Assembly (NCBI RefSeq): GCF_003704095.1
Contig: NW_020847417.1
Location: 1-64,000, forward strand
Direction: 5' to 3'
Length of the DNA stretch: 64,000 nucleotides
From: Pocillopora damicornis
Taxonomy: Eukaryota
Shown here one piece after another: positions 1-16,677 of the stretch. The notes below the pieces were generated by a model. That model was not told the origin of the DNA and did no database searches. It saw nothing but the letters and a program-made list of their open reading frames with translations. The translations under genes and the position numbers were made by a program. Within the stretch, counting starts at the first letter, position 1, and each line of letters opens with the position of its first letter.

Positions 1-221
1 GTTACATATATGATTCAGAGACAGCCTCATGCCTTATTTTGTTTTATTAAGTATCAATGGTTTTTAGTTCGAGGTGACCTAAGGCCAATTTTCCTCTTTC
101 AGTAAATTGTCACAATCGGATCACAATGACTGTAAACGTTTCCTTGTCCAAATTCTCTTACAGATATAGTGATTGCAATAAAAGTGTTTCTTTAAAAAAA
201 TTGATGTCTCGTGTCTTTTAC

Positions 222-3716
<3,495 letters not shown>

Positions 3717-6700
3717 CTGTCATCGCAACGATTATCAGAAAAAATTAGATAGGAATCATGCAAGGAAGAAGAAATGAAAAAAAAAATAGAACCTTTCTTT
3801 GTTCATGGCACTGAACAACCTAGGTAAATAAAACGTAGAACACAATAAAAAAGACCTCGCCAGTTCTTATCATTTCATGAAGGTTTTTAAAGAGTCACTA
3901 AAAATTCAGACCGTCCAAGGCACAGATAGGTACTCAAAATGGTTAAGCAATAGACTGAGTCAGCTTCATTCATTACGGCTCAGAAAAGCCGGCTTAGTAA
4001 AGTGTTCAAAACTTATTGTTTGTCATAATTTGCCGAAATTTCCATAAACGCCCGAGTTCAACAATGACTACATCAAAGCACTGAAATTTCGGTTTAATTT
4101 TAGTTTAGGAAATTTTTGATTCTCGAAACTATCTTAATATGGAGGTCAAAACGTTTTCTCTAATAAGCAAATAGTTATAATTGCCTTCAAATTAGTAAGT
4201 CTAAATGTTGTAAATAGTTTTCTGTCATCTTAAAGATGTTGATTAAATCATATCTTCATCACGGTTTAAGGAATTAGGTCACCATCATTTCAAATGATTG
4301 ATGAAACAATGAATAAAATATAAAACAAAGAAAAAAAATCCCTTTTTTCTGATAATCATCAAACCTCATTCAGGTAATTAAATAGAAGAGAAACGTTTAC
4401 TAACCGTGGGTTGTTTCGTATATCCTGAAAGTTGAGTTAAGACAAACAATTAATCTTTTCGATATTAAAAACCAGTTTAAGTAAACGGAATAAAATGCTC
4501 AGTGATTTCTAAACAGGGCGTCTCAACAATTAGGATACAGGAAAGTTTGTATGGGAATATCAACTAACAAATTAGAGGGAAAATCATTTATAAAAACTAT
4601 TTTGTTATTAACTAAGTGCAAGAACATTGTCAAAAATTACGCTGTACTTACGTTGATGATACTACGAGAGTTATCATCCATTTAATAATTCTAAAATCCA
4701 TCTTCAGAATCGACTGCCACTTCTGGAAGGGAAAAAATTTCACTGGAAATCAATTTAGTTTAAAACTAAACAGCTTCGTAAAAGCGCTATTCCAGAAAAC
4801 GGAGTCCTCGTTATTAGTATTAAACAGTTGCCATTTATTCATTTTGCTGTGATCAGTAAACTTATCTCACTTGTGAACCTGATAAGGATACTACCAATCA
4901 TTAAAAGTATGACACAAATAGTGAGAAAATCCTCCTTCACGCTAATATTGTGTAACGTTTCCCTGATAATCGGCTGAACACTATTATCAAGAACAGATCC
5001 ACTGCATGTAGCAGATTACAGTGCCTCACAGTGAGTCCACGTGGCAATCATAGGACGCCACGTTGCTTTTGCTTTTAGTTTTTTTCCTTTCTTTTTTTTT
5101 GATGAGGCAAATGGTATAATTTTGTTATCTATTGGAGAATATCTTTTGGCTCAAGCTGGAAAACGGCGACTTTCCTCTCGCAGTTTTAAACCATTTTCTA
5201 ACCGTCCCTAACGTTTTCCTTTTTCATCATTTTTTTCCAGAATTAAAAAAGGAAATGGTGAATTGACTAACATATCATTTCCTTATTTATCCATCTTTTG
5301 GAAATCGGCAGGTTCTCGTCATCCACGAACTTTACAAAGAAAGAACTTAAACACACTCACCAGCAGAGAGTCCAGAGGTGCCAGAAGATTGACCGTTGAA
5401 GAGAAAAGCAATCTTAAGTTCTGATGCGCACTTATAAATTGACAAAGAACTACAAATATTAGTCTTTTTCGTGGAACTATTCAGAATCAGTTATTTCTGA
5501 TTTAATTAAAAAATGATTTAGTTAAATACTGTTTTAAGTAAAGCTAGTGACAGATATTTAGAGAACTTATTTTAAATTAGACATACTCAAATCTTGCAGG
5601 GTTTGAAACCAAATGGTTAAATAAGGTCGAAGTAGGGTTGGAAAAGTGTTTCTTATGTTTTTTTTTTTCGTTTTGGCCGTCATAAGTTAAAGTGTATGAG
5701 ATGATTTTTTTATGATGCAAAGTGGGTGGAAATAAATCCATCTAATTTATCTTATTTAATTTAACTAGTTTGAATAATGACATTTTAGAATTGTGTAAAT
5801 ATCATAGAGCAAGTCGATAAACAAGAAAAATGATCCAAGGAGAAGCTGAAAACTTCTGATATTAGAAATAAAGGACAAGGAAAACTAAAAAAAGAAAGAA
5901 GGCAAACTATCTCTCGATATGTTGCAAATGGGACTCTCTCAAAATCGTTTCCCTATCGCCTCTACTGAAGTTGAAAGGTATAAGCGAAAACTTTCAGCGT
6001 GTTGGCGCCCTGTTGCATTAATGGATTCACTACCTCCCGAGTGAAATAAATGCTTCAAAAATGGTAAAATGGGTGATTCTTTATCAGCTTTGATAAAACC
6101 TTCAATTCAAACGGATAACTTAAAGGTCATCACTGGATAAGCAGACTTTCTCCTTTTTTGTTGTTATCACTATGCTCATTAAGAACTAGCCTCTGTAAGA
6201 GTCAAACCTCTCGGGAAATGAAAGTTTTAAACCCCTATTCAAATTTTGCAAGCGGTTAAGCACTCAGGGAGGTTGCAGCACTCTTGTTTCCTTGATAACT
6301 AGGGCTGCTTATTCGCGGCCTGTGGCCTTTTTTCACACAAAAACATCGCTAAAAAAATCTCAAGCTCAATACAACATTAAAAAATTCTTACTTCTACCAT
6401 ATATAGTGGCATTACTCATCTTTACTATGCTCCATTTTTGCTGAGAATGAATGCGAACACTCTCATCCATTATTTATCTCGGTACAGTTTCGGTCACTTT
6501 TAATGAAGGGTAAAACAGGGAAAATCTTTATCTGAATTTCTTCGAATTTTAACTTGTTGCAAATGACAAGCAGCTGTGTATCCTCGGAGGATTTTCTCAA
6601 ATTCCTCTGACAGAGGAGCAGCATTCGGTATGTGGATGATATGCACGCAATTTGCGTCGAGTAGTTCTCCGTGAGAGCTGATCAGTTAGTTTTTAAAAGA

Positions 6701-8701
6701 TGGTTGTCAGAAACGATAATTCTCTTCGGGATATTACTCAGAACATTTTTCAAAGCCATGCAGCTTTCATTTGTCGGAAACTTTTGTTAATGAGAAAATG
6801 TAAGATGTAAACGCCGCGAAAACATGCAATATCTGATTTTCAGCTTTGCTTGCAAATTGTCCCTATAAAAAGTGGAGACCAGCCCGCAGAGAATTTTGCT
6901 TTTGGAGAAATTTGAATAAAAGATTTTCCTTGTTTTACCCAAAAGTGAAGCACTGGACTTCGCCAAATTTGTATCCTTTGTCACTTTCAGTCGATTATAA
7001 TTTTCTTCTGGCTCAATCCTTGAGACAAATCTTAAATATTTCAGGATAATATTATAGTCTTTCAGTATTTCGCAGAAATAGGCTTTAAATTATTGGGTTT
7101 TGAATGGGTATAAGTGTCGACGGCGTAGGAAAACGACTAAATTGCTGTTGTCATTCGACGCAGAAAACAACATCTTCAGGAAAAACAGTTGATTCGAGAA
7201 GCAAAACAGAAATTGAAGGGACTGTTAAAAACGAAAACAAAGCAAAGACAAAAACAGAAAAATTAATCTTGGGGAGTCGCTAACAATATGAAATATCTCA
7301 AGAAAATGATTCACACAGAGATGTTTTGTTTGAAGCAACTCCCATCTACGGGTGACTTTCAGCTGTGAATAAAATGCAATGGTTGATTGTTTGTTTTCGG
7401 CGCCTCCTTCCCTAAATCACAAATATGAAAGTTGTTATTATGATGAGCTACAAAAATTGATGTGAATGTCATTTTTATTTTTTTTTCAGGCCATCCATCC
7501 ATTTCTAACCTCTCATAGTGCATGGATAGTTCATATTCCCCAAGAATGAATACTCTTTCAGATGGGGTAAGTCATTCAATATCTATATTGGAAAAAAATT
7601 ATTCGTGATTCTCCTAAATTGTAATTTTATCTAAAACAAAAAAACTTTTTCTTTCATTCCTTCAAAACAATAGACAGCATCTAATCACTGGCTCGGCATT
7701 ATAGATTCAGCTGGTGAATTGACTTTCAATAAGATTTCATCAATTGTTGTCGCCTTGACAGAAAATAAAAAGCAAACGTATTTTTAAATGACAGGCCAGG
7801 CATTTGAATTAAAAAAAAATTATAAATCATTAATGGACTCAAAGTAAATTTAAAACGTTTTGGAAGAAACATAGAGGTTATTACTGTAAAAAAAGCGGAC
7901 TATGCCACGCGTGTTACGTCAGTAAAGTCGCTCCAGCAAGAAATCAACGAGGTAAGATTTAAAAAGAAACATCCTTAATAATTCAATAACTTAATTCAAC
8001 TCAAGCAATGGGAAGTTATTGCTTTCCACACTTGCTAGCACTCTAAAGTGTATTGGTATAACTGATTACTTTATTCGGCGAAAAAGCCATTTTCTTTTTT
8101 GGGAACTCTCACGCTCAAGTAGAGAATTCTCGTTTTGTTAATTTGTTCTAGCAAAGTCAAAATACAAAATTCGCACAAATTACATCACAATTTAACCCAT
8201 ATAAAGTTTCTTAAGGCAAAAATTTGTTCACCATCGATTACAAAAGTTAAAATACTAATGAATAATTGATGTGACTCTGAAACGGCTTGCACACCCAACT
8301 GTTTCAAGGTTTGCAGTAGCTTACTAACTAATATACGGGTATCTAACATTAGTATATACCACACAGGTGAATAATATTTTTCGAGTGTGCTGTTGGGAAG
8401 TCATTACCAAATACTATTCACCACCGAGCAGCCGAAGAGACACAAACGGGCGATAGGAATTTAACTTTCGTCCACATGTTAGTTTATTGACAAAAAAAAA
8501 TAAGAAATGTTTCTGGTTTACTGTGTGATATGTACTGAAAGTAGTATTGATCATGGATTAATCTTGACTTAACAAAATCCGGTGCATATTTAAACCTACG
8601 AACATCGAATGGCGTCGTTTCTCATAGAGTTCTAAAGCCGTTACGTCACGTTACCATGGGAGCAGAATTTTCTGTTCTAAACAAACGTGCTCAGAGCCAA
8701 A

Positions 8702-9948
8702 ATGGCGTCGCTTTCAATCGCTGCACTGATATCTTTCTTCGCTGAAGAAAAGAAGTCAATCGAACGAGGAGAAAATCATTACAGATCTGAACACATTGAG
8801 TCATTTTCTTACCATCAGGGTATTTTACGCGGTGAGGTTCAAGCAAGTATGAAGAAAAAGGTCTATCGAGTCACGGTGAGTTTAGAGCGACCAATCGCAT
8901 TAAGAAGCCTAAGGAATATTTTTAAATATCTTTTAAGTACCTTCTTGTTATCTACTCCCCCAATTTAGAAATATATATTTTCGATCTTGTCGATTTCCCT
9001 CATCAAAAAAGCCAGGCTGAGGCTTAAATCGTACAGATTATGATTCATATGAAATAGTGTTACCAAGACATTTATGAGTTCACCTTGTTTGAACTTTTAT
9101 CTTAATTACCACTTAGATTTACCTGGATGACCACTTCAACATAAAATCCACGGAGTGTGAATGTCCAAAGGGAAAATTCAAATGCAGTCACGCGGCGGCT
9201 CTTTTTATAAATGGGATTCACAACTTAAGCCGCACAGATATTGAATGTCAGTGGAGGAAAAAGAAGTCTAATACCTCCCTGTCTTTACAGGCAGTCGAAG
9301 AACTGTTCCCTCTGCCAAAGAATTATGTGGCGATTACTCGATCTCCCAACACAGAAGATCGTCAGGCACTATATGGAAGCTTAAAGGCATATGGGAGGTT
9401 CACTGGTCTTTGCTGGCTCATGTGCCCAGAGCCTGCTCCCCAAGCCAAATTGCCTGTGCCAACAATTGAGGAAATCATCTACTCAGAGGAGTTTATCCAA
9501 ACAAGAGGTACACAGCAACAATTGGACTGTTTGGTTCGGAAAGCCAAACTCACAGAAGCAGATATCCTGTTAGTCAGTCAGATAACTGTAGGCCAACGAG
9601 ACAACCCAACCTGGCATCTTGCAAGGAGGGGACGGCTTACAGCAAGCAATTTTGGATCCGTTCTGCATGCCAAAAGAGTGACCCCTTCACTTCTCAAACG
9701 GCTCCTTGGAGAGTATGACATATCAAGAGTTAAGGCAGTACAATGGGGGGTAAACAACGAGGCAGAAGCGATTAAGGCATTTACCAATTTAACTGCAAAA
9801 ACTGTACAGGAAACTGGGTTATGGCTGGATGGCTCTGGGATTCTTGGTGCTTCCCCAGATGGAATTGTGGATGAAGACTCTGTTTTGGAGGTCAAGTGTC
9901 CCTACACCGAAAGGAATATGACAATGGAAGAGGCAGTGAATATCTCCC
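8702..9948 (+). CDS. SWIM zinc finger + YqaJ/lambda-exonuclease-like protein (transposon ORF2); 3' end lies in the N gap
   Basis: Exon 1 8702-8875 (donor GTGAG), exon 2 from 9117 (acceptor ttag), in frame with ORF 9327; SWIM motif CECPKGKFKCSH; YqaJ motifs TVGQRDNPTWHLARRGRLTASNFG, WG..NEAEA, LGASPDG, LEVKCP. Confidence 0.88.
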
Positions 9949-10462
9949 NNNNNNNNNNNNNNNNNNNNNNNNNNNNNNNNNNNNNNNNNNNNNNNNNNNN
10001 NNNNNNNNNNNNNNNNNNNNNNNNNNNNNNNNNNNNNNNNNNNNNNNNNNNNNNNNNNNNNNNNNNNNNNNNNNNNNNNNNNNNNNNNNNNNNNNNNNNN
10101 NNNNNNNNNNNNNNNNNNNNNNNNNNNNNNNNNNNNNNNNNNNNNNNNNNNNNNNNNNNNNNNNNNNNNNNNNNNNNNNNNNNNNNNNNNNNNNNNNNNN
10201 NNNNNNNNNNNNNNNNNNNNNNNNNNNNNNNNNNNNNNNNNNNNNNNNNNNNNNNNNNNNNNNNNNNNNNNNNNNNNNNNNNNNTCATTGTTTCACAGTT
10301 GAGCTGTACTGCTCTGTTGTAGTGAACTGTTGTTGGGCTGAAATTATACATGCATCCATAAATTCAACAATGATAGCAGATTTACTTTTTGAATAAAACA
10401 AACAGATCAACATGTATTTTACAAAGTATTCAATTTTCCTTATATGAAAAATAATTAGTTCA

Positions 10463-12223
10463 TTAATCAAATTCATATCCTTCACAGCCCTCTTTGATCA
10501 GTGGAAACTGCAGATTAACAAGTGAAGCACAGAGTTGAAATATTATATCTGCATGACAACGTAAATATGAGGGAATAAAAGATAAAATCTTGAAATCTTT
10601 GAGCCTAGCATTTGCCCTCTCAACATGAATTCTGCATTTTGCTATAACTTTTGTTGCCCTTGCTTCACTCTCAGTGAATGTACCATTGTTTAAAAAAGGT
10701 GGTATATTTACTGAAACACCATTTGGTACAAGATCCTGTATAACAAAACCTTTGTCAGCTAAGACCATATCTCCAGCAGTAAGGTGATTTAAAAATCCTG
10801 ATTTCTGCACAATTGCTTTGTCAGATATTGACCCTGGATAAAGTTTGCTGACATAAGTAATAACACCATTTGGCGCTACACCCACAATAACCTTGAAGGA
10901 ATGCATTCCCCTATAATTTGAATACGTAGCATTCTGCTGGCTCATAAGCCCAGGTGTGGCAATCTCTATGTCTGTACAATCTATCACTACTCTACATGAA
11001 CCAAACTGACTAAAAGATGATGGGGCACACAGCTTGTTCTTATCCCTAGATGGGATGGATGCCATGAGGTCAATAAATAGAATTGAGTGTAAGACATGAA
11101 TGAAAGTTGTTACAATATTTGCTATTGTAGATACACTGCAATTGAATAACTGTGCAAGGTGAAGATTTGTGTAATTCTGTCTGACTTTCATTAATGTTAT
11201 AAATATTTGTTCTTCAAAACTGATTGATTGCACTCTCCAGCCAGCAAAGTAATTGATGGATTGTTTAAACCTAGCTGCATAGTTGACAACAATTTGAAAA
11301 ACTTCCTTTGTTGGCAGCCCAGTTTCCATCTTCAAAACCTCCTCACTCATTTTCGAAACTGTGTAATGTTTTTGCACATAGTAATTTTTTTCTCTTTGAT
11401 CAATCATTTCCCTTTTTGCCTGCTCCAACTCTGCTTCCAGTATAACTTCTTTTCTTGTTGATTCAAGTCTCTCCACGCTGCCAGAGGTGCCTTGTTCAAG
11501 TTCTTCTTTCTTCCTTGCAGCTTCTATCATTTCTTGTAGGGTCTGTTGTGATTCGATTTTTTTCTTTTTTGGCTTTGCTTCTTCTGCTGGGAAAAGTTTG
11601 TCTTGGTTCCTCTTGAAAATCTCAGGACCATTACTTTTTTTTCCTTCTCTGAAATGGCAACTACAGACTCTGGAATGTTTTCCTGGCTCTCTGTCTTCTC
11701 TCCTATAGCAAAAAGGATAATTTCAGCTTTATAATTCTTTCTGATTACTGTGCTATTAGCGGAGGATTTTTATCTTGCAGCTTCTATCTTATAAAAATTT
11801 CTAATTAAGAAGACAGTTCTCTATCTGCCTGTTTTAACACTGCAGGGTGACCATTAAGTATCAACAACCACACCAAAAGCTCTCACAACTGATTTCCGTC
11901 ATTGAGTCAAATGTTGGCTCGTGGCTTCTAGGGAACCGATTTTGAAGTTGGAGTACAAGAAAAAGGAGTCTAAAAATCAGTAAGATTTATATAAGCTTAA
12001 TCAGTTTCATAACAAAGATGGCGACTCCACAACCGCAATAAATTGCGTAAGCATACTTTTCTCCTGGACAGAAAAAGTATTGAAATAAAACTCTTACTAA
12101 CCTCAGTAGGTGAATCCATCTTCTATATTCCTTCAGCTTTTTTTCCTTGCTAGGGAATCCGAAGAAGCTACACGTGTGACTTTCCGAGTGATGGTTGCAA
12201 TCAGGCGCAAAGCAGTGCACCAT
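10463..12223 (-). CDS. THAP-domain DDE transposase (DDE_Tnp_4/IS5-Harbinger family), 453 aa, uninterrupted
   Basis: Exon 1 12223-12102 (MVHCFAPDC...FFGFP...W), exon 2 11702-10463 (VCSCHF completes the THAP C2CH motif); catalytic motifs VIDCTD, GSISD, LADKGF, RIHVERANARLK; spliced length 1362 nt with no internal stops. Confidence 0.92.
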
Positions 12224-12856
12224 TTTAATCGTTTCGATCGCCTTCGTTTCTCAGTTTTAAATTTCTATGACCTACAGCGTTAATAACAATGTAACTGAAC
12301 CTTATTCTAAGCTTCTTTGAACCGTTCCAAGCGATGATTACACACTTGACCTCAGCAACGCATAGGTTATCAGTAGGACGCGCTCGATTGTTTAGAACAG
12401 AAATTTTAGCCCCATGGCAACGTGACGTCACACTTTAGGACTCTATAGGTCTGATTTTAGTCACTCATTTCGTTCAATAACTATATCTAACGGGTGCAGT
12501 TTACATGCAGATATTCCCATAGAACCAAGTCATACGAAGTCAACCTGCCGAACTTCACTTAGCCAGTATGATTCAAAGCTCTCGAATAAAACTGAGGTCC
12601 ATATGAGACTAGTTAGGCTCACTCTGCACTACGCGCCTCGTTGGCTGTGAAAGCATGTCATATCCAACACATGCTCTCGCGGTGATCGTCAGGAGAAGTA
12701 AAACAGGACCAACAAAGCTAAGAATAACAGTTAAGATTACCTTTGCTCATCCATACCTCCTCCCTGTTGTTACCATTGTTGTTATTTTGGATCGGGCTCT
12801 TTGTAATTGTTCAAGCAAAGATTTAATTTGATGTTCTCGTTTCTCTTTGAAGGAAT

Positions 12857-14027
12857 ATGCATCCACTTCTAAAGAAATCATTACTGCGTTTTGGATTCCT
12901 CCACGCGTACGCCATTCTAATTGCTTGGATTTTCACCATGATTGAAAAAAGAGATGAACCTGCTTTCAAAAGAAAGGAGGAGTCGCTGAGTAAACTCAGG
13001 AATGATATGAATAAGAAATATAACATAACCGATGACGACTTTAATAGTTTTGTAAATCGTGCAGCGGCGGCTGTGATTGAGGGTGATGAACTGGACTGGA
13101 CTTTGCTTAACAGTCTCACATTCACCTTGACCACTTTCACCACAATAGGTAAGAGAAAAGGGTCAGCGCATGCCGTGTACAATGTTAATTAAAGCTTGTC
13201 TATTTGGGCAATGAGTATATCCACTTCTTTTTTATTTTAAGTTCTAACAGTTAAGGGGACCTTATCTGTTTGTATTTTCGTTTGTTTTTGTTTTTGTTTT
13301 TTTTGTTTTTGGTTTTTGCCCCTGAGTGTTTGGTGATTTGCTTCTAACCTCTGTACAAATCTTAAATGTAAAGTAATGTAGAGTGGAGCAAAAATTATTC
13401 ATTTTTTTTATTTCAGGATATGGTATCATAACACCTAAAACAGAGCTTGGCAAAGGTATCACAATTCCTGTGTGCCTCCTTGGTATTCTCATCACCATGT
13501 TGGCCTTTAAAACTTCAGGAGAGCTTTTTGCTTCTTCTATTCGCCATCTCGTCATAAAGATAGAAAATAATCTATTTAAAAGGGAGGAGGTAAAGAATTT
13601 AAAGATCAAAAAACTCGTGGCATCATGCACCCTCATGTTTGCTTTGTATATCTTTACAAGTTTCACAGGCGCCTTCATGGAAAAGTGGAATTATGTGGAG
13701 AGCTTCTATGCGTGGTTTGCCACTTTCACCACAATTGGATTCGGCGACTACGTCCATTGTGAAGCGCTTTTAAGGGGCATGGGACGAGGGATAGACAATA
13801 CAGTTCATCTTGTGATATACATCTGCGTACTGTACCTTCCAACCATGATTGGCCTGAGTTGTATGTCATGTATTCTGGGTTGCATTGTGGATTCCATGGA
13901 TCAGATTCGCCACTTTCGTGATGGCTGTATAGATAGCTGCGTACACTTACACTCAAGCATAAGACACAAGCTCTGCTGCAAGAAGGAAAATCAGGTTGAG
14001 TGCCAAAATCAAGTAATTTCTGCCTGA
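12857..14027 (+). CDS. K2P (TASK-like) potassium channel K1, 300 aa
   Basis: Exons 12857-13148 and 13417-14027; P1 TTIG|YGIITP, P2 TTIGFGDYVH; four TM segments; cap sequon KYNIT. Confidence 0.9.
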
Positions 14028-15228
14028 AATTAGTGGAATCGCCAAAAAAGTTTTTGAATTAATCTCGTACCCATGATATTAAATTTTAACCCCCTGACCT
14101 TCCAATAATTACTAATCTTACCACGATCATCCGCGCGAGTGGATTATTTTAGTCAATAGCAACGGCCATCATGTGATTTCTCGTTTTTCATGGCAATTGA
14201 ATTGAACAACGAAATGCGCTTTCTCAGATAACAACCTAACTTATTACGCGCATTAAATAATTCTTAGGATGGGGGTCGGAGGTTGAATGTTCATATACAT
14301 TGAATCAATTTTTTCCCTCCTCGTCACCCTAACGAGTAATTCAGAAGTTGGTGGCTGAATAATAGAAGGGATTATGGTTCTCTCAAATTTTCTGAAAATT
14401 GACTAAGAAAGAGAAATGAAGTAAACAAAGACGGAGACGGCAACGAGAACGTTTTTAACCAAAAGGTTCAATAAGTGGATCAATAACTCAGCCATCATCT
14501 GCAAAACAGCATCGTGAAGTCAACGAGCTATCCATGCATGGTCTGAGGACAGAAGCCCCGTCAACGAATCTTTCAGTATCCATTAGGAACTTAACGCCAG
14601 ATGCGTTAAGCTGAAGTTGAAGTCTGGCGCAGCAAAAGAAGGTATACACATCCAGCCATCCTTAAAAAATACTTTTGGAAATGTTCAGTTTATTTGTTAA
14701 TCGACGTTTCCCTCACCGTAGTAATTCTGACTGCTTAAGATTTAAAGGGATGAATATGCCTAACTCCTGAAAATTAGATCTATATTCTATGCTGAATTTG
14801 ACCTTGCACTGTAAGTCAGAGATTTCGCTAGAGACGCATTCATAGATGACTAGGGAAGAGGTTAATGACTGGAGATGAAGTCATGGTCCAAACAAAGGGA
14901 GAGTAAACGATGATAATAGTGATAACAACGATAACAATGTTAATAACAGTCACTATGGAAACTACAATAGCAATAACAATATGGTTAAACGCCATCCGAT
15001 CGGCCTAAGCCGATCCAAATTAGACTTTGCTCGTAGAGGATTATCAAATGGCTAAGAATTTATCTCTGATCGTGAATATATTGAAAATGCTCATGGCACG
15101 GATTTAAGTCCGTGAACGTTCCAGTTATTGACTATATGTAAGATCACTGGAATTGCTGTATAATAATAGCAACAATATTGAAAAATACCAATAAATAGCG
15201 ATAATTTAACAGTATGTGACTTTAGGTA

Positions 15229-15285
15229 CGGAATTCGAACCCGGGCCACAACGGTGGAAGGCGAACGTTCTCACCATCCCCGCCC
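15229..15285 (-). repeat. tRNA-derived SINE 5' fragment
   Basis: Reverse complement reads gatggtgagaac...cccgggttcgaattcc (A/B box-like); no complete cloverleaf. Confidence 0.5.
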
Positions 15286-16677
15286 TGAGTTATACGATAT
15301 AGAATAATTAACTATATACAACAGCAATCTCTTTACTCTGTGATTGGTTCAGACTAATCACAGAGCAAAGATAAGCAACACCAAAGCAAATTTGGATTAT
15401 TTTAGTGATTACTTTACTTAAGTGCAATAAAATCTGGTATAAATAAAGAGATCACTCTAAACAAGGCGTACTGAAAAGGTCTCGAAAATCGTTTCTGAAC
15501 GATAACAGTAATTATTTTCAAGTTTAAATGTATTCCGGGATTTTATTTAAAGTGAATGATGATCTTGCAATTGTGAAGGCAGATAAAATCAACTGAAATG
15601 CAGGCGTTACATGTTACTCTCAATCGCTAACATCATAATTATGTTCTTATTGAGGGTGGGGCTGGCTGGGAATATATTTCGCTTTCGGTCACGACCAACG
15701 AAAGGAGCGCAGCTTGAGCACAAGGCTGACAGGGCAGGAAAAAAACAGAAAAGGTTGAAGGGAAACGTTCTTTGTAGTGAATTTGAGAAGAAATGTAGCT
15801 ACAAAGGTGAGTCGTATCGCTGTCGATGACATAGGGATCGGTCGCCTGACATTCTGTACAACCGGTTTGCCTAAAAAGGCATAAAATTAACAAACAAAGC
15901 AAAGCTAAGAAAAAAATCTTAATAAATTTTCCAGTCTTAGGTATTCATGGGAAAATCTCAAATAGAATAGACAAATGCTCGAAATGACCTCTTGGAAAAA
16001 CCCAATGCCAAATTACATTGTTTCGTGGTCGCATTGATATCTGAAGTATGGTTACTTGTAAGAGTAACAGAGTAGAATTACACTTTTACACTGTTACGCT
16101 CTAACAGCCTCCTTATCTTCTTTCTTTATTTGCAAATTCAAATCTAGCCTTGTGCTATCCTTTATCTCTGCATCAAGGCAACGACGGAAAATGACAAATC
16201 TACAATAAAATATAGGAAGATTAAAAAAGATTAATTTTCCTAATGTAGTCGTCTTCGACAATAGTATGTTGCACTGAATATATAAAGTAATGTCTCCTCT
16301 CTTACTCTTTATCCAAAGCATCTAAAGGATTTACTACTCTGTTTCCCACAGTTCCATCTAAATGCCTTTGAATGCCACAAATAATTCCATTAGGGGTCTT
16401 TGTTGTATACATCTACCCTTACCTTTCGCAACCTCCTGGGTTGTTTTTTTCATTTGTTTTCTTGGCTAATTTCAAGTGATTTTATTTTGTTTATTGGTAA
16501 GCACCTTTACTTGATTATGGAATTTTCGACACAAGGAGTAAACTTAATAATATACTGTTTTTATCTCTACAATGTCATCCCTGAATTACACGCTAAGGTC
16601 ATGAGAATAAAAGAAATGATCACCAAAGAAAGAAGTTTTTGATTGGTTATAAAGAGTTAATGAGGGCGAAAATTGTG

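Larger units (their letters stand above)
8626..12444. mobile_element. ISL2EU-type (PIF/Harbinger-related, PHIS group) DNA transposon, apparently full length
   Basis: Imperfect TIRs 8626-8683 (agagttctaaagccgttacgtcacgttaccatggg...tctgttctaaaca) and 12389-12444; AT on both flanks (8624-8625, 12445-12446); convergent THAP-DDE transposase and SWIM-YqaJ genes, the known ISL2EU organisation. Confidence 0.88.

Noticed and set aside
9117-9948. Prophage or bacterial contamination suggested by the YqaJ recombinase-type nuclease
   Set aside because: The gene has a spliceosomal intron and lies between transposon TIRs together with a THAP transposase.
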